A stretch of DNA of 64,000 nucleotides from a virus: IMG/VR virus record IMGVR_UViG_3300025687_007517, positions 1-64,000 of that record; one strand, given 5' to 3'. The first letter of the stretch is position 1; each line of letters starts with the position of its first letter. The notes below the pieces were generated by a model, which did no database searches, had not been told where the DNA came from, and worked only from the letters and a program-made list of their open reading frames with translations. Shown here one piece after another: positions 27,227 to 37,612 of this stretch. A program made the translations under genes and the position numbers.

Positions 27227-30200
27227 CTAAATATCACACTTCAAGTCCAAAATGGCTAAAGATTTCTCTGGGTCTATTTCAGCTATTTCGGCTTGCAGTT
27301 TTTTAGCTTCTGGTGACTCTGGGTCAAGCCCACTTAAAATTTCTTCCTTTGTTTTCTTCTTGAGCCATTCAAAGAACTCATCTGGGAATCCTAGTCCTAG
27401 AGACTGTGCTAACATGATAAGAAAATATATGGCAGGGTTGGCAGCATACACAATAGACAACAAGAGTGCCTTAACTGCTTCAATAACCATTTTTGGAATC
27501 ATAATTAAAAGCAGCAGCCATAATGAAAATGATTTTGATTTGAACACGGTCTTTGGGTCTTGTGCTTTTTCAAAAGCTTTAAACGCATCCCCTAGCGCAG
27601 TCTTATCAACACCCAGCGGTTGTACCCCACCTGTGAATCTACGCATAATCGCAGGCTTCAAGGTAAAGAAGAACTTCTTATTGGATGGCACAAAAGACTT
27701 TTCAACTATTAAGTTCAATAAAACGTCATTAAAAAAGTCTTCTTTAAAAGCATCAAAGATGTTGATGCCTTTATCGATCTTAAGAACGCCACTATCTAAC
27801 AGTTTTTTTGGCAGTTTTTCTAGCTGTCCTTTCTCTGGGTTATCAACGTATTCTTTAATTACTTCGTCTGGTATGCTTGCTTGCCCAACAAGGCTGACGG
27901 TATCTTTAGCAAGAATAATGTTATCATACACAAAGACTGTTTCAAAGTTGCCAGACGAAGTTGTAGCAAAGAAGTTTTTGTAAAATTCAACATCAGAAAC
28001 TTTTAGTTGTAGCGACTCTTCAGCAATGCGGAGCGTCTTAACCACAAGAACTACAAATCTAGCATAATCGTCTAAGGATTTAAATTTCACCGGAGCTTGG
28101 TCAATCAAGAAGCTCTTGATTTTTGTTTTTTCGGAATCCGTGGCAAATAAAAACGCAGATTTGTCAATAACAACATCTGTGATGATCTTTTTTATTGCAG
28201 CGGTGGGCAGGTCGGCGTCCGTTGCTTTTTTAAGCGCCGAGTTAAACGCTGAATACCAGGCATCGATAGCATTATTGTTTTTAACTTCAAATAGGGCGTT
28301 TGGGGCTGGATTTGTTGTTTTCTTAATTTTCTTTTTTAGTATCTCGCTAATGCTTAAAGTGTCTTTGACAGCAGGAGATGAAGCCTCTGACAACAATTTT
28401 ATCTCTTGCTCAACCAAGTCCTGAACTGTTAAACCAGCCTCACACAAAATGTTTCTAACTGGAATCTCGACAAAGTATTTTTCCGCAGCCTTTTCAATTT
28501 GATTTGAAATTTGACCAACCAAAATTTTTGTAGCGCCAATCAACGCTGTTGCTTGTTCCTCTGGTAGTATTAAAAGTGCTGATGTAAAGTTTGGGTACAA
28601 CTCAATCATCTGTGTGTAAGCAAAAATACGCAAGGCTTCAATACTAGCCTCTTTTGACGGGTCTGTTGAGTAGGCAACGGACTGCTCTCTGTTCTTGCTG
28701 TATTCACAGAGTTCTTCTTTAACTCTTCCTCTGCGTGGCAAACGATAGAACTTCACAACATCTAAAACAGTTTTGTCTTTTATTGAGTTGTTAAAGTTTG
28801 TCAAAAACTCATTAAACACGTCTTTTAAGATAGACTTATAAACATCTAGGGTGCCCTTTGGCGTGTTGAATGTACCAAATTGATTTTTAAAGTATTTTCT
28901 TTCCACAGGGTCAGTGCTATCCTGTCCCTCGATTGACTCACCTAAAATAGCCAGTGGTGTTTTCCCATTGTTTGTTGTAACACCCTTGTTTGGGAGGTTG
29001 TATTTGTTAAATGTTTCGATTTTGTAGCTGCCATCACCCTCGATAATAATTGAGTCAAACAGTAGACCACCAAAAAACCTAACCCTGTTTCCAACTCTGT
29101 TTCCGTTGTCAATCAGGTCTGGTGCAATTGAAAGCTCTGGTATGTTATCTGGCTTTACTTTAGTTAATATTAGCTCTGTTCCAAAGTCAATTGTGTCGTC
29201 GGTCTTGCCGTCCGGTGGTTCAATACCAATATCCTCAAGGGCTTTTGTCAGATCAGGGTCTTTTTCTTTTTGAATTTTGGTCAATCCTTTATCTATGTTA
29301 GCAATGTCGTCGTCAAAATTAATCTCGTACTGGTAAAGGGCTTCTTGAGCCTGACGATACGCTTCGTTTAATAAGCCACTAAAATCAATGTCTGGTAGTA
29401 AATTATTTATTGCGTCCTCGGACAAAAGATTGGCTAAATCATCAACCGTTATTTGCGGCACATCAGGATCACCATAACCAGCGGGTACTTTTGCCGCTGT
29501 TGGGTCGTCTGTTTTTGTATCACAATAGTCTGCTGTTGGGTTGACGTTTGGCTCTGCTTCATTTACCACTTTGCAAAAGGCTGTTCCAGTTTGAAGACCT
29601 AGTTGGTAGAAATAGTTTGCGTAAGAATAAAGGTCGTCAAAAAATGTATCTACTTTTGTTTGCTCGGCAAATGACTGAAGTTGTAGAAGCAATAATGGCT
29701 CGGCTTGTCCTTCTAGTAGCCTGCACATCTCTTTGCCGGTCAAGCTAGAAAATGTCAAGTTGATAAAACTTTGAAACGACACGGAGTCGTTCCCAGTAAA
29801 TTCTTTTCCTAGAGAAGTCGCTGCTGTGTTTTGAAAAGCAATAGGGTCTTCAAAGAGGTCTTGAGGTTGAACTGAACCGTAGTCAAAATCACCTTCGGGT
29901 TCATTACTGGCTAGCGCTAGGAGGCACTGTTGGACTAGAGTGTTAATGAACTGTCGTCCAAGCTCCAGCAAAAGACTGTCTACCTGCTTTTTTAGTTCTT
30001 TGGTAACCGTGCCCATGGGTTTTGACGAAGACTTGTTTTTCCATAGTTTTTGTATCTGGTTGTAAAAATTTTCGTATTTGTCAAACTCTACACCAAATGA
30101 TTTATAGTTTTTTGTTAGTTCCTCTAGTTGTTCTGCGAGTGCCCTGGCTAAAGAAAGATATCCTTGTGCTTTCAATCCCTCAATTAAAAGAGCCGCTCCA

Positions 30201-31165
30201 CACTCAATCAGTGGCTTCAATCCCCACTTGTTTAACGTAGCATAAAGTTTTCCAAGCTCAGAATTAACCTTTTTCAAAGTAGCTTTTAGTGCCTTTACAG
30301 ATTCATTATCTGCTCCTGTTTCAGCAAATGATTCTGTTCCCTCTGCTACATTAGAAAGTGCTGCTGGGAAGTTAAAGAAGGCAAAGTCTCCCAAGTATTC
30401 TGCATCACGAAGAGTTTGTGAATAAACTTGATTTCTCGTAATAACTGGTGGTTCAGCGTTGTCTCTAACTGCTTGGGCTAAATCTAGATTTACACCTGAA
30501 GCTGTTTGTCCTAAAGATTGTCCAATTTTAGCATTTACATAATTGCTTTCTTGGGCTCTTGCTTTAAGGAAATCATTTAAGTCTTTTAAGTCTCTTATGT
30601 TCGCAATTTTTGCTATGTCAGATATATTGTTAATCTTAAAGTCTTTCTTTTTGCCATCGTCAATAAAGTCTTTTATTTGTTTTGAAAGTGGCTTTTGCTG
30701 TTTCTGTTGAGTAAATTTGTTGTACTCAACCTGAATCTTCTCGACATTTAGTTTTTTTGAAGCCTCTTCAATTCTGTAAAGAAGGCGAACCACGCCGTTT
30801 GGTCGAGGGTCGATTGTTTTCCTATCGTTCAAAAGTATGTCTTCTGACGAAGGGTATGTCTTAGGCTTTGTTGTTTCGCCAGCTATCTCACAGGTTTTGT
30901 CGCCTTTGAATTTTGGAATTGGTGTGTTAATGTCTTCGGGATCTTTTTTATCTACTTCAATTGTGAAAAGCTTGTTGTCAATAAAATACTGTAATGCCTG
31001 TGGGCGAAAATCGTTAAAAACCACAAACCAGTTTTTGTTTGGGTCTAACTCCGTTAAATCAGTCCAAAGGCAATAATAAACATAATCATTGGGAGCATCA
31101 TAATAGGCAACCCTAAATTGTTCCCAAGTTGAATCGATAAATAATTTTGAAAGTGGATTAGACAT
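27227..31165 (-). CDS. Large helical hypothetical protein in baseplate cluster
   Basis: 1312 aa ORF between the spike and gp25 genes, with a hydrophobic segment near the C-terminus. Confidence 0.5.
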   Translation of the reverse strand: MSNPLSKLFIDSTWEQFRVAYYDAPNDYVYYCLWTDLTELDPNKNWFVVFNDFRPQALQYFIDNKLFTIEVDKKDPEDINTPIPKFKGDKTCEIAGETTKPKTYPSSEDILLNDRKTIDPRPNGVVRLLYRIEEASKKLNVEKIQVEYNKFTQQKQQKPLSKQIKDFIDDGKKKDFKINNISDIAKIANIRDLKDLNDFLKARAQESNYVNAKIGQSLGQTASGVNLDLAQAVRDNAEPPVITRNQVYSQTLRDAEYLGDFAFFNFPAALSNVAEGTESFAETGADNESVKALKATLKKVNSELGKLYATLNKWGLKPLIECGAALLIEGLKAQGYLSLARALAEQLEELTKNYKSFGVEFDKYENFYNQIQKLWKNKSSSKPMGTVTKELKKQVDSLLLELGRQFINTLVQQCLLALASNEPEGDFDYGSVQPQDLFEDPIAFQNTAATSLGKEFTGNDSVSFQSFINLTFSSLTGKEMCRLLEGQAEPLLLLQLQSFAEQTKVDTFFDDLYSYANYFYQLGLQTGTAFCKVVNEAEPNVNPTADYCDTKTDDPTAAKVPAGYGDPDVPQITVDDLANLLSEDAINNLLPDIDFSGLLNEAYRQAQEALYQYEINFDDDIANIDKGLTKIQKEKDPDLTKALEDIGIEPPDGKTDDTIDFGTELILTKVKPDNIPELSIAPDLIDNGNRVGNRVRFFGGLLFDSIIIEGDGSYKIETFNKYNLPNKGVTTNNGKTPLAILGESIEGQDSTDPVERKYFKNQFGTFNTPKGTLDVYKSILKDVFNEFLTNFNNSIKDKTVLDVVKFYRLPRRGRVKEELCEYSKNREQSVAYSTDPSKEASIEALRIFAYTQMIELYPNFTSALLILPEEQATALIGATKILVGQISNQIEKAAEKYFVEIPVRNILCEAGLTVQDLVEQEIKLLSEASSPAVKDTLSISEILKKKIKKTTNPAPNALFEVKNNNAIDAWYSAFNSALKKATDADLPTAAIKKIITDVVIDKSAFLFATDSEKTKIKSFLIDQAPVKFKSLDDYARFVVLVVKTLRIAEESLQLKVSDVEFYKNFFATTSSGNFETVFVYDNIILAKDTVSLVGQASIPDEVIKEYVDNPEKGQLEKLPKKLLDSGVLKIDKGINIFDAFKEDFFNDVLLNLIVEKSFVPSNKKFFFTLKPAIMRRFTGGVQPLGVDKTALGDAFKAFEKAQDPKTVFKSKSFSLWLLLLIMIPKMVIEAVKALLLSIVYAANPAIYFLIMLAQSLGLGFPDEFFEWLKKKTKEEILSGLDPESPEAKKLQAEIAEIDPEKSLAILDLKCDI

Positions 31166-31167
31166 AG

Positions 31168-32136
31168 TTAATTTGTGTTGTTAAAGTTGCTACAAATGTA
31201 ATTAGACTTTCCGGTAGAATTGAGGTATTTAAACTTAATGATATCATTACTGCCCTTGATTGTGCCAACAGCAAAAGAAAGTTGCTCTAGTGCAATAGTG
31301 TGGGTTAACACTGCGCCCTGAAAGTTTGGCGACGTAGAGGTTGGAGCACCAAAAAATGGCGAGATGTGTATGTGAGCAGCCAAGTCGGTGTTTATTTTAC
31401 CAATCTCCTCAATAATACCATCCACAGTTTGTGACAGGGCATCTACGTTGTCCATAATTTTAGTTAAGCAATCTACAAGGCTGTTGCCTTTTACTAAGGG
31501 TTGAAGTGCTAGTTCCTCATCTGTTTGGTTGCCAGCGATAAGGTCAATACCCCTTGGGCGACCAATTGATACTTTTCTAGAGTTTTTGTTTGGTTCTGTT
31601 TTGGAAACGCCAGCAACAATTTTTACACCTTCTCGACCAATGATTCTAACTGCGTCTGCTTTAATACCAATACCAGACTTGCCTGTTGATTGTCCAACAA
31701 CGCCGGGGGCTAAACCAAATGCGTCGTCAATATCGACCTTTTGAGAAATGTAAATTCTAGCGGAGTCTAAATCAAAGTTTGGTCCAGCCGCAACAATTGT
31801 TTTTCCATCTACTTTATCTACCGGAACAAAACCCTGTGCGCCGACAAATAAGTCAATCATGTGTGCGCCATCTTCACCCATAGCACCGCGACCCTTGTCA
31901 ACGGGTGTTTCTAAAACAGTACCATTTTTTAAGCGGTCAGTTGTTTTGCCAATTCTATCAGTTCCCTGAATAATGTATGTGTTACCGTGTTGTTGAAGTC
32001 TTTCTGCTCCGCGCTTGACATACAATGGATAAGGGTCAAGAGGCTGTGTTGCATTATTAATCGAAGACAAGTTTCTGGTTATTGAACCAGCTTGTCCGTC
32101 GTTAATCTCTATTTTTGGTTGTGTTGCTCTTGTCAT
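31168..32136 (-). CDS. Baseplate central spike (gp5/gpV C-terminal-like)
   Basis: Beta-repeat-like IGIKADAVRIIGREGVKI, QPLVKGNSLVDCL and an HxH tip motif (AHIHISP). Confidence 0.6.
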   Translation of the reverse strand: MTRATQPKIEINDGQAGSITRNLSSINNATQPLDPYPLYVKRGAERLQQHGNTYIIQGTDRIGKTTDRLKNGTVLETPVDKGRGAMGEDGAHMIDLFVGAQGFVPVDKVDGKTIVAAGPNFDLDSARIYISQKVDIDDAFGLAPGVVGQSTGKSGIGIKADAVRIIGREGVKIVAGVSKTEPNKNSRKVSIGRPRGIDLIAGNQTDEELALQPLVKGNSLVDCLTKIMDNVDALSQTVDGIIEEIGKINTDLAAHIHISPFFGAPTSTSPNFQGAVLTHTIALEQLSFAVGTIKGSNDIIKFKYLNSTGKSNYICSNFNNTN

Positions 32137-32151
32137 AATTTATTGGGTCTT

Positions 32152-33837
32152 TTATGGGTAGCCGTCCCAGGAGGTGTTTGAGGGGGCTTTGCGTGCGCGT
32201 GCCTGGGAGCGTTTGTAGGCGCTGAGGTCAATGCCGCGAGGCGTCACGAGGCGCTGCTTTTGGCTCCAATATTCAAAGTATTTTTTTTGCGGGATTACAT
32301 AAATTGGAATCTTAGTTACCCTTGTTGGATAAGGTCTGTTAAAAATTAACTTATTATTCTTCGTGTCGATACCAACTCCTCCAAATTTAAGGTCTTTTTT
32401 GATGTCTTGCTTCTCATAAATTTTAGAGTCGAAGTGTAATTTAGCTGTCGCGGAGAACAACTGTGAGGTGGGAAGTTTGCCCATAGCCTCCTTATTAGGA
32501 GAATCCTCGAAATTTTGAAGCGGACCTCCTTTTGACAATTTCCAAGATAAAGAAGCTTGCGTTGTTTCAAGATCCACATTTCTGTTTTGGTTTTCTGGAA
32601 GGGATGAATTTGTGGCTCCGAAGCTTTTACCAGCCTCCGTCTTTTTCCACGCCTCCCAACTATCTTTCTGTTTTTTTATCTCACGATCAAGTGCTTCTAC
32701 CTTTGGGGCAGAACCCGCGCCCTCGGTAGAAGAATAAGGGCGATAGCCATAATACAACTGCCTGAATCTCAATCTTACGGACTTTGGAATTTTTAAGGGG
32801 CTCACTTTATCAAAAGCTAGATATTCGTCCCTCTTGTAGTCTCCTGCTGTTTTTATTGTTGGGTCGCCATCAGGGTCTGGATAAAAACGAACCCAGCGCT
32901 CTGTGCCGCCTTTTGTTCTTAGATCATAGTGTGGATGGCTTCCCCCGTAAAAACCGACCACACCATTGGTTTCATTATACCATTTAGGGTCAAGATACAA
33001 GCCCATTCTTTTGTTAGACAACATGTTGAATTCTATCATTGCTGCAACAAAAGCGTATGACTCCATTCTTCCCAGCCTTTTACGATCAATCTCTATATCA
33101 AAATCAAAAGCGTTGCCGGTTGAATGGTTGCCATGGGGCTTGTCAGGCTTTGGGTCGCGTTTGCCTGACGTTACTATCAAGGCAGCTTTTTTTGTTGCTC
33201 CGTAGTACCAGCCAGCAGCTTCTGCAATTTTCTCTGCTTCACGAATTAAACGCTGTCGAACACCTTTTAGGCGAGCACCAGGGCGGGCTCTCACCTCGCA
33301 CTTAAAAGGCAAGCCGAGAAAGCCCTTATCAACATATACTGGTTTATTATCTTTTTTGGTGCCGGTGTCGGTGGGGTCTAAAAATCTATTGGAACCATCA
33401 GAGGTGTCGGAGTCATCACCGTCTCTGGATTTAGAACCATCCCCTGTGACATTCTGGCTGTTAACAATGTATCCTCGGCTTGTATCGACGGGATTTTCAA
33501 ACGAAGCTTGAACTGGTGCGCCAACCTTTAAATAATCTCCCTTAAGGGCAATACAAATGCAATTGTGTTGTGCAACGTTTAAAGGGTCAAGGTAAGAATG
33601 CACATCGGGAATTCTTACTCTAATTTCAACATACTGATTTTGTTTTACAAATTCTCCATAAACCCTCTTTAACTTTTCAAGCTCACCGGCTGCAACACCG
33701 GCATCTCCTAAAATTTCAAGAATATATCCCGACTTTTTAGAGGAAAAGATTATCGGGCTTGTTGCTTGTTTTTGTTGTAATTTAAGCTCGGTTAATGGGC
33801 TGTCAGAAAACGGAGTTAAATTAGTATCGTAAAACAT
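32152..33837 (-). CDS. gp5 OB-fold-like N-terminus fused to M15-type Zn peptidase (virion-associated muralytic enzyme)
   Basis: IRVRIP...KVGAPVQASFENP (OB fold) followed by VTSGKR...NHSTGNAFDF...GLY...HPHYDLR (M15 H/D/H ligands). Confidence 0.6.
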   Translation of the reverse strand: MFYDTNLTPFSDSPLTELKLQQKQATSPIIFSSKKSGYILEILGDAGVAAGELEKLKRVYGEFVKQNQYVEIRVRIPDVHSYLDPLNVAQHNCICIALKGDYLKVGAPVQASFENPVDTSRGYIVNSQNVTGDGSKSRDGDDSDTSDGSNRFLDPTDTGTKKDNKPVYVDKGFLGLPFKCEVRARPGARLKGVRQRLIREAEKIAEAAGWYYGATKKAALIVTSGKRDPKPDKPHGNHSTGNAFDFDIEIDRKRLGRMESYAFVAAMIEFNMLSNKRMGLYLDPKWYNETNGVVGFYGGSHPHYDLRTKGGTERWVRFYPDPDGDPTIKTAGDYKRDEYLAFDKVSPLKIPKSVRLRFRQLYYGYRPYSSTEGAGSAPKVEALDREIKKQKDSWEAWKKTEAGKSFGATNSSLPENQNRNVDLETTQASLSWKLSKGGPLQNFEDSPNKEAMGKLPTSQLFSATAKLHFDSKIYEKQDIKKDLKFGGVGIDTKNNKLIFNRPYPTRVTKIPIYVIPQKKYFEYWSQKQRLVTPRGIDLSAYKRSQARARKAPSNTSWDGYP

Positions 33838-34131
33838 CTACTCTTCCTCCCCGTTGTCGTTGAGGTTATCGTAGATAGCATCAATGTCTGCTGATGAGAT
33901 AGTTTCAGTTTGTTTACTAGTCTTCGCCATAAGTGAAGCAACCTTTACTAGCTGTTCGTTGGAACGCTGTAAGGTTTCTAGGTACTTGGCTACAACAAGA
34001 CCTTGACGACCGTGGTCTGCCCTTCCTTGATGAATGTCTTGGCTTATTTCATCAAGAGCAGTGTTGGTCGCCTCTCGGTCAAGTCTAATGTTTTTTATTG
34101 CTTCTTCAAGAAGTTCTTCATATTTCGCCAT
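33838..34131 (-). CDS. Hypothetical helical protein
   Basis: 97 aa ORF translationally coupled to the sigma factor gene. Confidence 0.6.
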   Translation of the reverse strand: MAKYEELLEEAIKNIRLDREATNTALDEISQDIHQGRADHGRQGLVVAKYLETLQRSNEQLVKVASLMAKTSKQTETISSADIDAIYDNLNDNGEEE

Positions 34132-34795
34132 CGTTCCAATCAGACCTAAAGCCTCTATACCTCACTTTGAGCTTTGTGAGGACGGTTGCGATTTGTTTTG
34201 TGTTCAAATCGGTGATCTCCCTCATGTAAAGATAAATAGCTTTTTTATTGAAAATTTCTATTTGGTCTGAGTGCTCAAAGAGAACTTTTATGGCATTAAT
34301 AACTTTTACTTCGTTTTCTTTCTCGGCTGCTTCATACCATTCATCGATATTCTCGCGGAGGTGGGCGAAGAACTCGGTGCGGTTTCTTTCGTGCTCGTAT
34401 GGTATGTGGTCGGTAAGGGGGTGCTCTAAATTCTTTGACTCGTCAATAGGAGTCTCAGTTTTTAAACGCTTGGTTGTTTTCTTTACCTTGTGGATAAACC
34501 AGTTTTTGGTAACGACTGAAAAGTAAGAGAAGGCTTTTGAGCCCTTGTCGGGGTCATACTTGTCAAGAATAGTGACCAACCAAGCTTTACATTCTTCGCG
34601 TAGGTAATCAATGTTTGGAAGAGTTGTGAACTTGTATGTGTAGATAATTTTATCAACAAGTTCGTCGAACGCAGGGTGAATAAACTCGATGTAGAGTTTT
34701 TCTTTTGTGTAGCGGTCTGTTGTTTTACAGTATTTAACTATGGCATCCTCATGGACTTTTGTAAAATACTTTCTTTTAGTTCTCTTCTTCGGCAT
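34118..34795 (-). CDS. Phage RNA polymerase sigma factor (probably late, gp55-like)
   Basis: Region 2-like LDKYDPDKGSKAFSYFSVVTKNWF and a C-terminal HTH-like segment. Adjacent to the structural genes. Confidence 0.65.
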   Translation of the reverse strand: MPKKRTKRKYFTKVHEDAIVKYCKTTDRYTKEKLYIEFIHPAFDELVDKIIYTYKFTTLPNIDYLREECKAWLVTILDKYDPDKGSKAFSYFSVVTKNWFIHKVKKTTKRLKTETPIDESKNLEHPLTDHIPYEHERNRTEFFAHLRENIDEWYEAAEKENEVKVINAIKVLFEHSDQIEIFNKKAIYLYMREITDLNTKQIATVLTKLKVRYRGFRSDWNDGEI

Positions 34796-35066
34796 CGCCT
34801 GCTATCTCCTCTTGTATTCTCGCCACGTCTTTTAAAGTCTCGCTAAGAACTGTTGTGGCTGTGACAAGGTTTTGTATAATAGGGTCGCCGTAGTATGTTT
34901 CGCTAGCGTTGACAGTATTTACAAGCTCGTCAAAATCATCGACCTGTTCTCGCAGGTCGGAAATTCTTGCCTGAATGTTGTTAAGGGTTTCGGCAAAGTT
35001 ATAACAAAGGTATGACAGTGCTGCTGTCGTAGAAACAAAAATAACTACTAGTGTCCATTCAAGCAT
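34776..35066 (-). CDS. Small membrane-anchored coiled-coil protein
   Basis: N-terminal hydrophobic helix followed by coiled coil. Confidence 0.55.
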   Translation of the reverse strand: MLEWTLVVIFVSTTAALSYLCYNFAETLNNIQARISDLREQVDDFDELVNTVNASETYYGDPIIQNLVTATTVLSETLKDVARIQEEIAGDAEEEN

Positions 35067-35322
35067 TTGGGTCAAACTCCTTTGTTCTTGCTTCTTCTTG
35101 CATTTGTTTTAAAACCTCTCGGTTTTCTTCAATGCCCTCTTTCGTTGCTTCACCCACTTTTTTGTCGCCTCTTTGCTCGGTCTTCATTGTAGTGAAGTGG
35201 CTAGGAATGCGAAAAACAAAGGGCGAGTCACACTCTTCGCACTTGGTGACTATCTCTGACATAGAGTGCCACTCGTCCCAGTTTCTCAAACAAGTGTTAC
35301 AACGATAAGAATATTTAGGCAT
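35059..35322 (-). CDS. FmdB-family zinc ribbon protein
   Basis: MPKYSYRCNTC...KCEECDS pattern. Confidence 0.75.
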   Translation of the reverse strand: MPKYSYRCNTCLRNWDEWHSMSEIVTKCEECDSPFVFRIPSHFTTMKTEQRGDKKVGEATKEGIEENREVLKQMQEEARTKEFDPNA

Positions 35323-35668
35323 CTGTTCTTCCATAGTCGTCTGAAAGACGAACAACGTCGTCAAGGTGTGGGGTGCTTGCTTCAATTAGCATAACACCCT
35401 GGTCTTGAGGGGCTGTGAAGCGGTGAATTGTTTCTGGTTTTATTCTAAAAGATTTACCCTCTGAAAGAATTGTAATATTGTCTTCGTTATCAGTCTTTGC
35501 TAAATCGAGATGAAGAGTTCCATCCTCTACAAAAATAGTTTCATCTTTAACCCTGTGAAACTGTCGTGAAAGACGTTGCCCAGGAGCAACATAGATTCTC
35601 TTAACAACATACAATTCAGTGTTGATTAAGATATCTTCCCAACCCCATGGTTTCTCAATCCTATTCAT
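35315..35668 (-). CDS. Cupin (mannose-6-phosphate isomerase type II-like)
   Basis: EKPWG, RLSRQFHRVKDET, HRF and DDVVRLSDDYGR motifs. Confidence 0.8.
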   Translation of the reverse strand: MNRIEKPWGWEDILINTELYVVKRIYVAPGQRLSRQFHRVKDETIFVEDGTLHLDLAKTDNEDNITILSEGKSFRIKPETIHRFTAPQDQGVMLIEASTPHLDDVVRLSDDYGRTDA

Positions 35669-35840
35669 CTTCGGCATCCTCGGGGGCTGAGACAGTTGGC
35701 GGGTTATTTACAACCAGTTCATTATTGTCGTCTGGATTAAATTCAAATCCGCGAAGAATTCCTGTAATGTCTTCTTGGTTTAGGATTGCCTTTTGTAGTG
35801 CCATCATAATTGAACCGATAGCTTGATTTGATAGTGTCAT
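35661..35840 (-). CDS. Small hypothetical protein
   Basis: MTLSNQAIGSIMMALQKA; preceded by a GGAG RBS and coupled to its neighbours. Confidence 0.6.
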   Translation of the reverse strand: MTLSNQAIGSIMMALQKAILNQEDITGILRGFEFNPDDNNELVVNNPPTVSAPEDAEDE

Positions 35841-35841
35841 T

Positions 35842-36141
35842 TTATTCTCCAAAAAACTCATTTGAGTTTATGTTTTTATCATCTATGAACAAGTCATAAA
35901 CTGGCTTACCAAATTTTAAGTCGTGGTATTTTACTCCCCACTTTTGGAATTGGGCTTCGGTAATTTCTCTCCAATCAATCCCAGAGCCAGTTCCTCTTGC
36001 AGTCCAGTATACAATAGTATACCCCATTTCATAAAGATTGTTTATCTTTTCTATTCTATCTGGAAATGGAGTTGCTTGTGAGTAATCTCTTGTTTCAGGA
36101 GATTGGCAGATAGTCTCATCTATGTCAACGTAGTAAATCAT
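35842..36141 (-). CDS. Minimal HAD-family phosphatase (capsule biosynthesis phosphatase-like)
   Basis: VDIDETIC, WTARG, GKP and FIDDK match HAD motifs I-IV. Confidence 0.8.
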   Translation of the reverse strand: MIYYVDIDETICQSPETRDYSQATPFPDRIEKINNLYEMGYTIVYWTARGTGSGIDWREITEAQFQKWGVKYHDLKFGKPVYDLFIDDKNINSNEFFGE

Positions 36142-36776
36142 TTATCTCCTTTTCTAAATCTTTTTTTGTTATGAAACGTTCTTAACGTTTCTTCTGTGTA
36201 AAATTTATCGCCTATTCCACTGTCATTAGTGGCATCCCAGTAATAAATCTTATGACCAAAGGTCTCTAATTTTTCAATAAGCGCAAGGTCTTCCTCAAGG
36301 CTTATTCCGCATTTTGGTCCATGTAATTCACCATAGATTTTATTAATGTATTTTATAGCCCCAGTATCAATTAAATCCTTAAATACTTCGTACTCGGCTC
36401 CCTCTATGTCTAACTTTAATACAATACAATCGCTCGCAGAAAAATTTTCAAGTATAAATCTTGAAAGACAAATAGAACTTATGTAGGTTGGGTTTTTATT
36501 GTTTTTTTCTATCAGTAGAGAGGACGATTCGTTTTTAGAGTCATAAAAAATAATATCCTCTTCGTCTTCAGTCCAGAGGGCTTTTTCATAAAGTTTAACA
36601 ACACAACCCGCTTCTCTGGCACGGATGGCTGCTTCATTCCAATATTCCTTAATCAGTCCACTTTTTGTACACTCAAATGAATGAATTTCATACTCACTTG
36701 CTTCGGGATGGTGGTTAACAAATTGGTCTATAGACTGACCCTTATTAGCACCCCCGTCAATAAATACCTTTCTCAC
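36138..36776 (-). CDS. FkbM-family methyltransferase
   Basis: FIDGGANKGQS, HSFE and LKLDIEGAEYE. Confidence 0.85.
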   Translation of the reverse strand: MRKVFIDGGANKGQSIDQFVNHHPEASEYEIHSFECTKSGLIKEYWNEAAIRAREAGCVVKLYEKALWTEDEEDIIFYDSKNESSSLLIEKNNKNPTYISSICLSRFILENFSASDCIVLKLDIEGAEYEVFKDLIDTGAIKYINKIYGELHGPKCGISLEEDLALIEKLETFGHKIYYWDATNDSGIGDKFYTEETLRTFHNKKRFRKGDK

Positions 36777-37612
36777 TAAACAACCTCCATAAAATCAAAT
36801 AACGGCTTCTTGTGGTGCGGCAGATTATCAACCCACTTTTTTCTTGTCTTAAACAAACGGCTAACATCGCTTTCCATGTGTACTACATAATTTAGTGTTA
36901 ACATACGCCTATCTGCTTTTTCTGGCTTTAGTCCTTTGTGAAACCCTGTTGTTAGGGCAATCAACAAATCCCCAGACTTTGCTGTTAGTTTTTTAATCTT
37001 GTCCTCGCCGTAATAAGCCCTCACTTCCTCGTCTGACCAGCGGTACTTGGATAGGTGATCATAAAACTTGTTTGCATTGCTCCCCTCCACAAATGTTAGT
37101 GGTCCACCGTGCTCGTCAACATCGTTCAGGTAGATAAAAAATTTCATAAATTTTATACTATTTCTATCCGCGTGATAAAGTTGTGTTGTGGTGGCAGGGT
37201 TGTTGGTTAGTTTACTCAATCGAAAGTTTTGCGTGCATAGCGATGGAACACATTGAAAGAATTCGGTGGCTATCTCATAAACTAGATCGCTGGTAGCTAT
37301 TTCAAACGCTGTTTTAGAGGCGTATAAAGGGTCTTGTATCATAGTAAAAAATTCGTTGTCTTGAGAAACAAGACCGCTCGCTTGTGCTGCATCAAAGTCT
37401 TGCCCAAGTGCGTCAATCTGCTGCTTTGTAAAAACCCCGTCTAGTTTGACATAGCCATTGGTGTTTATCTCGCTTATCAACTTGTCGTGTTTATTCGTCA
37501 AGCAAGGGTAATCCCCTCTTCTTTCGCCAATTCTTTCATTAAAGTAGTTCACGGCTGCGAGACCGCCGTGATAAAAGCCAATTTGTTTTGTTGTGAGCCA
37601 TTTGGTGTTCAC
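36776..37612 (-). CDS. PhyH-family 2OG-Fe(II) dioxygenase
   Basis: YHADR (HxD), FIYLNDVDEHGGPLTFVEGS, GFHKG and RRML. Confidence 0.85.
   Translation of the reverse strand: MNTKWLTTKQIGFYHGGLAAVNYFNERIGERRGDYPCLTNKHDKLISEINTNGYVKLDGVFTKQQIDALGQDFDAAQASGLVSQDNEFFTMIQDPLYASKTAFEIATSDLVYEIATEFFQCVPSLCTQNFRLSKLTNNPATTTQLYHADRNSIKFMKFFIYLNDVDEHGGPLTFVEGSNANKFYDHLSKYRWSDEEVRAYYGEDKIKKLTAKSGDLLIALTTGFHKGLKPEKADRRMLTLNYVVHMESDVSRLFKTRKKWVDNLPHHKKPLFDFMEVV

Noticed and set aside
32152-32260. DGR variable region
   Set aside because: No template repeat or reverse transcriptase was seen in the window, and there is no C-type lectin fold context.
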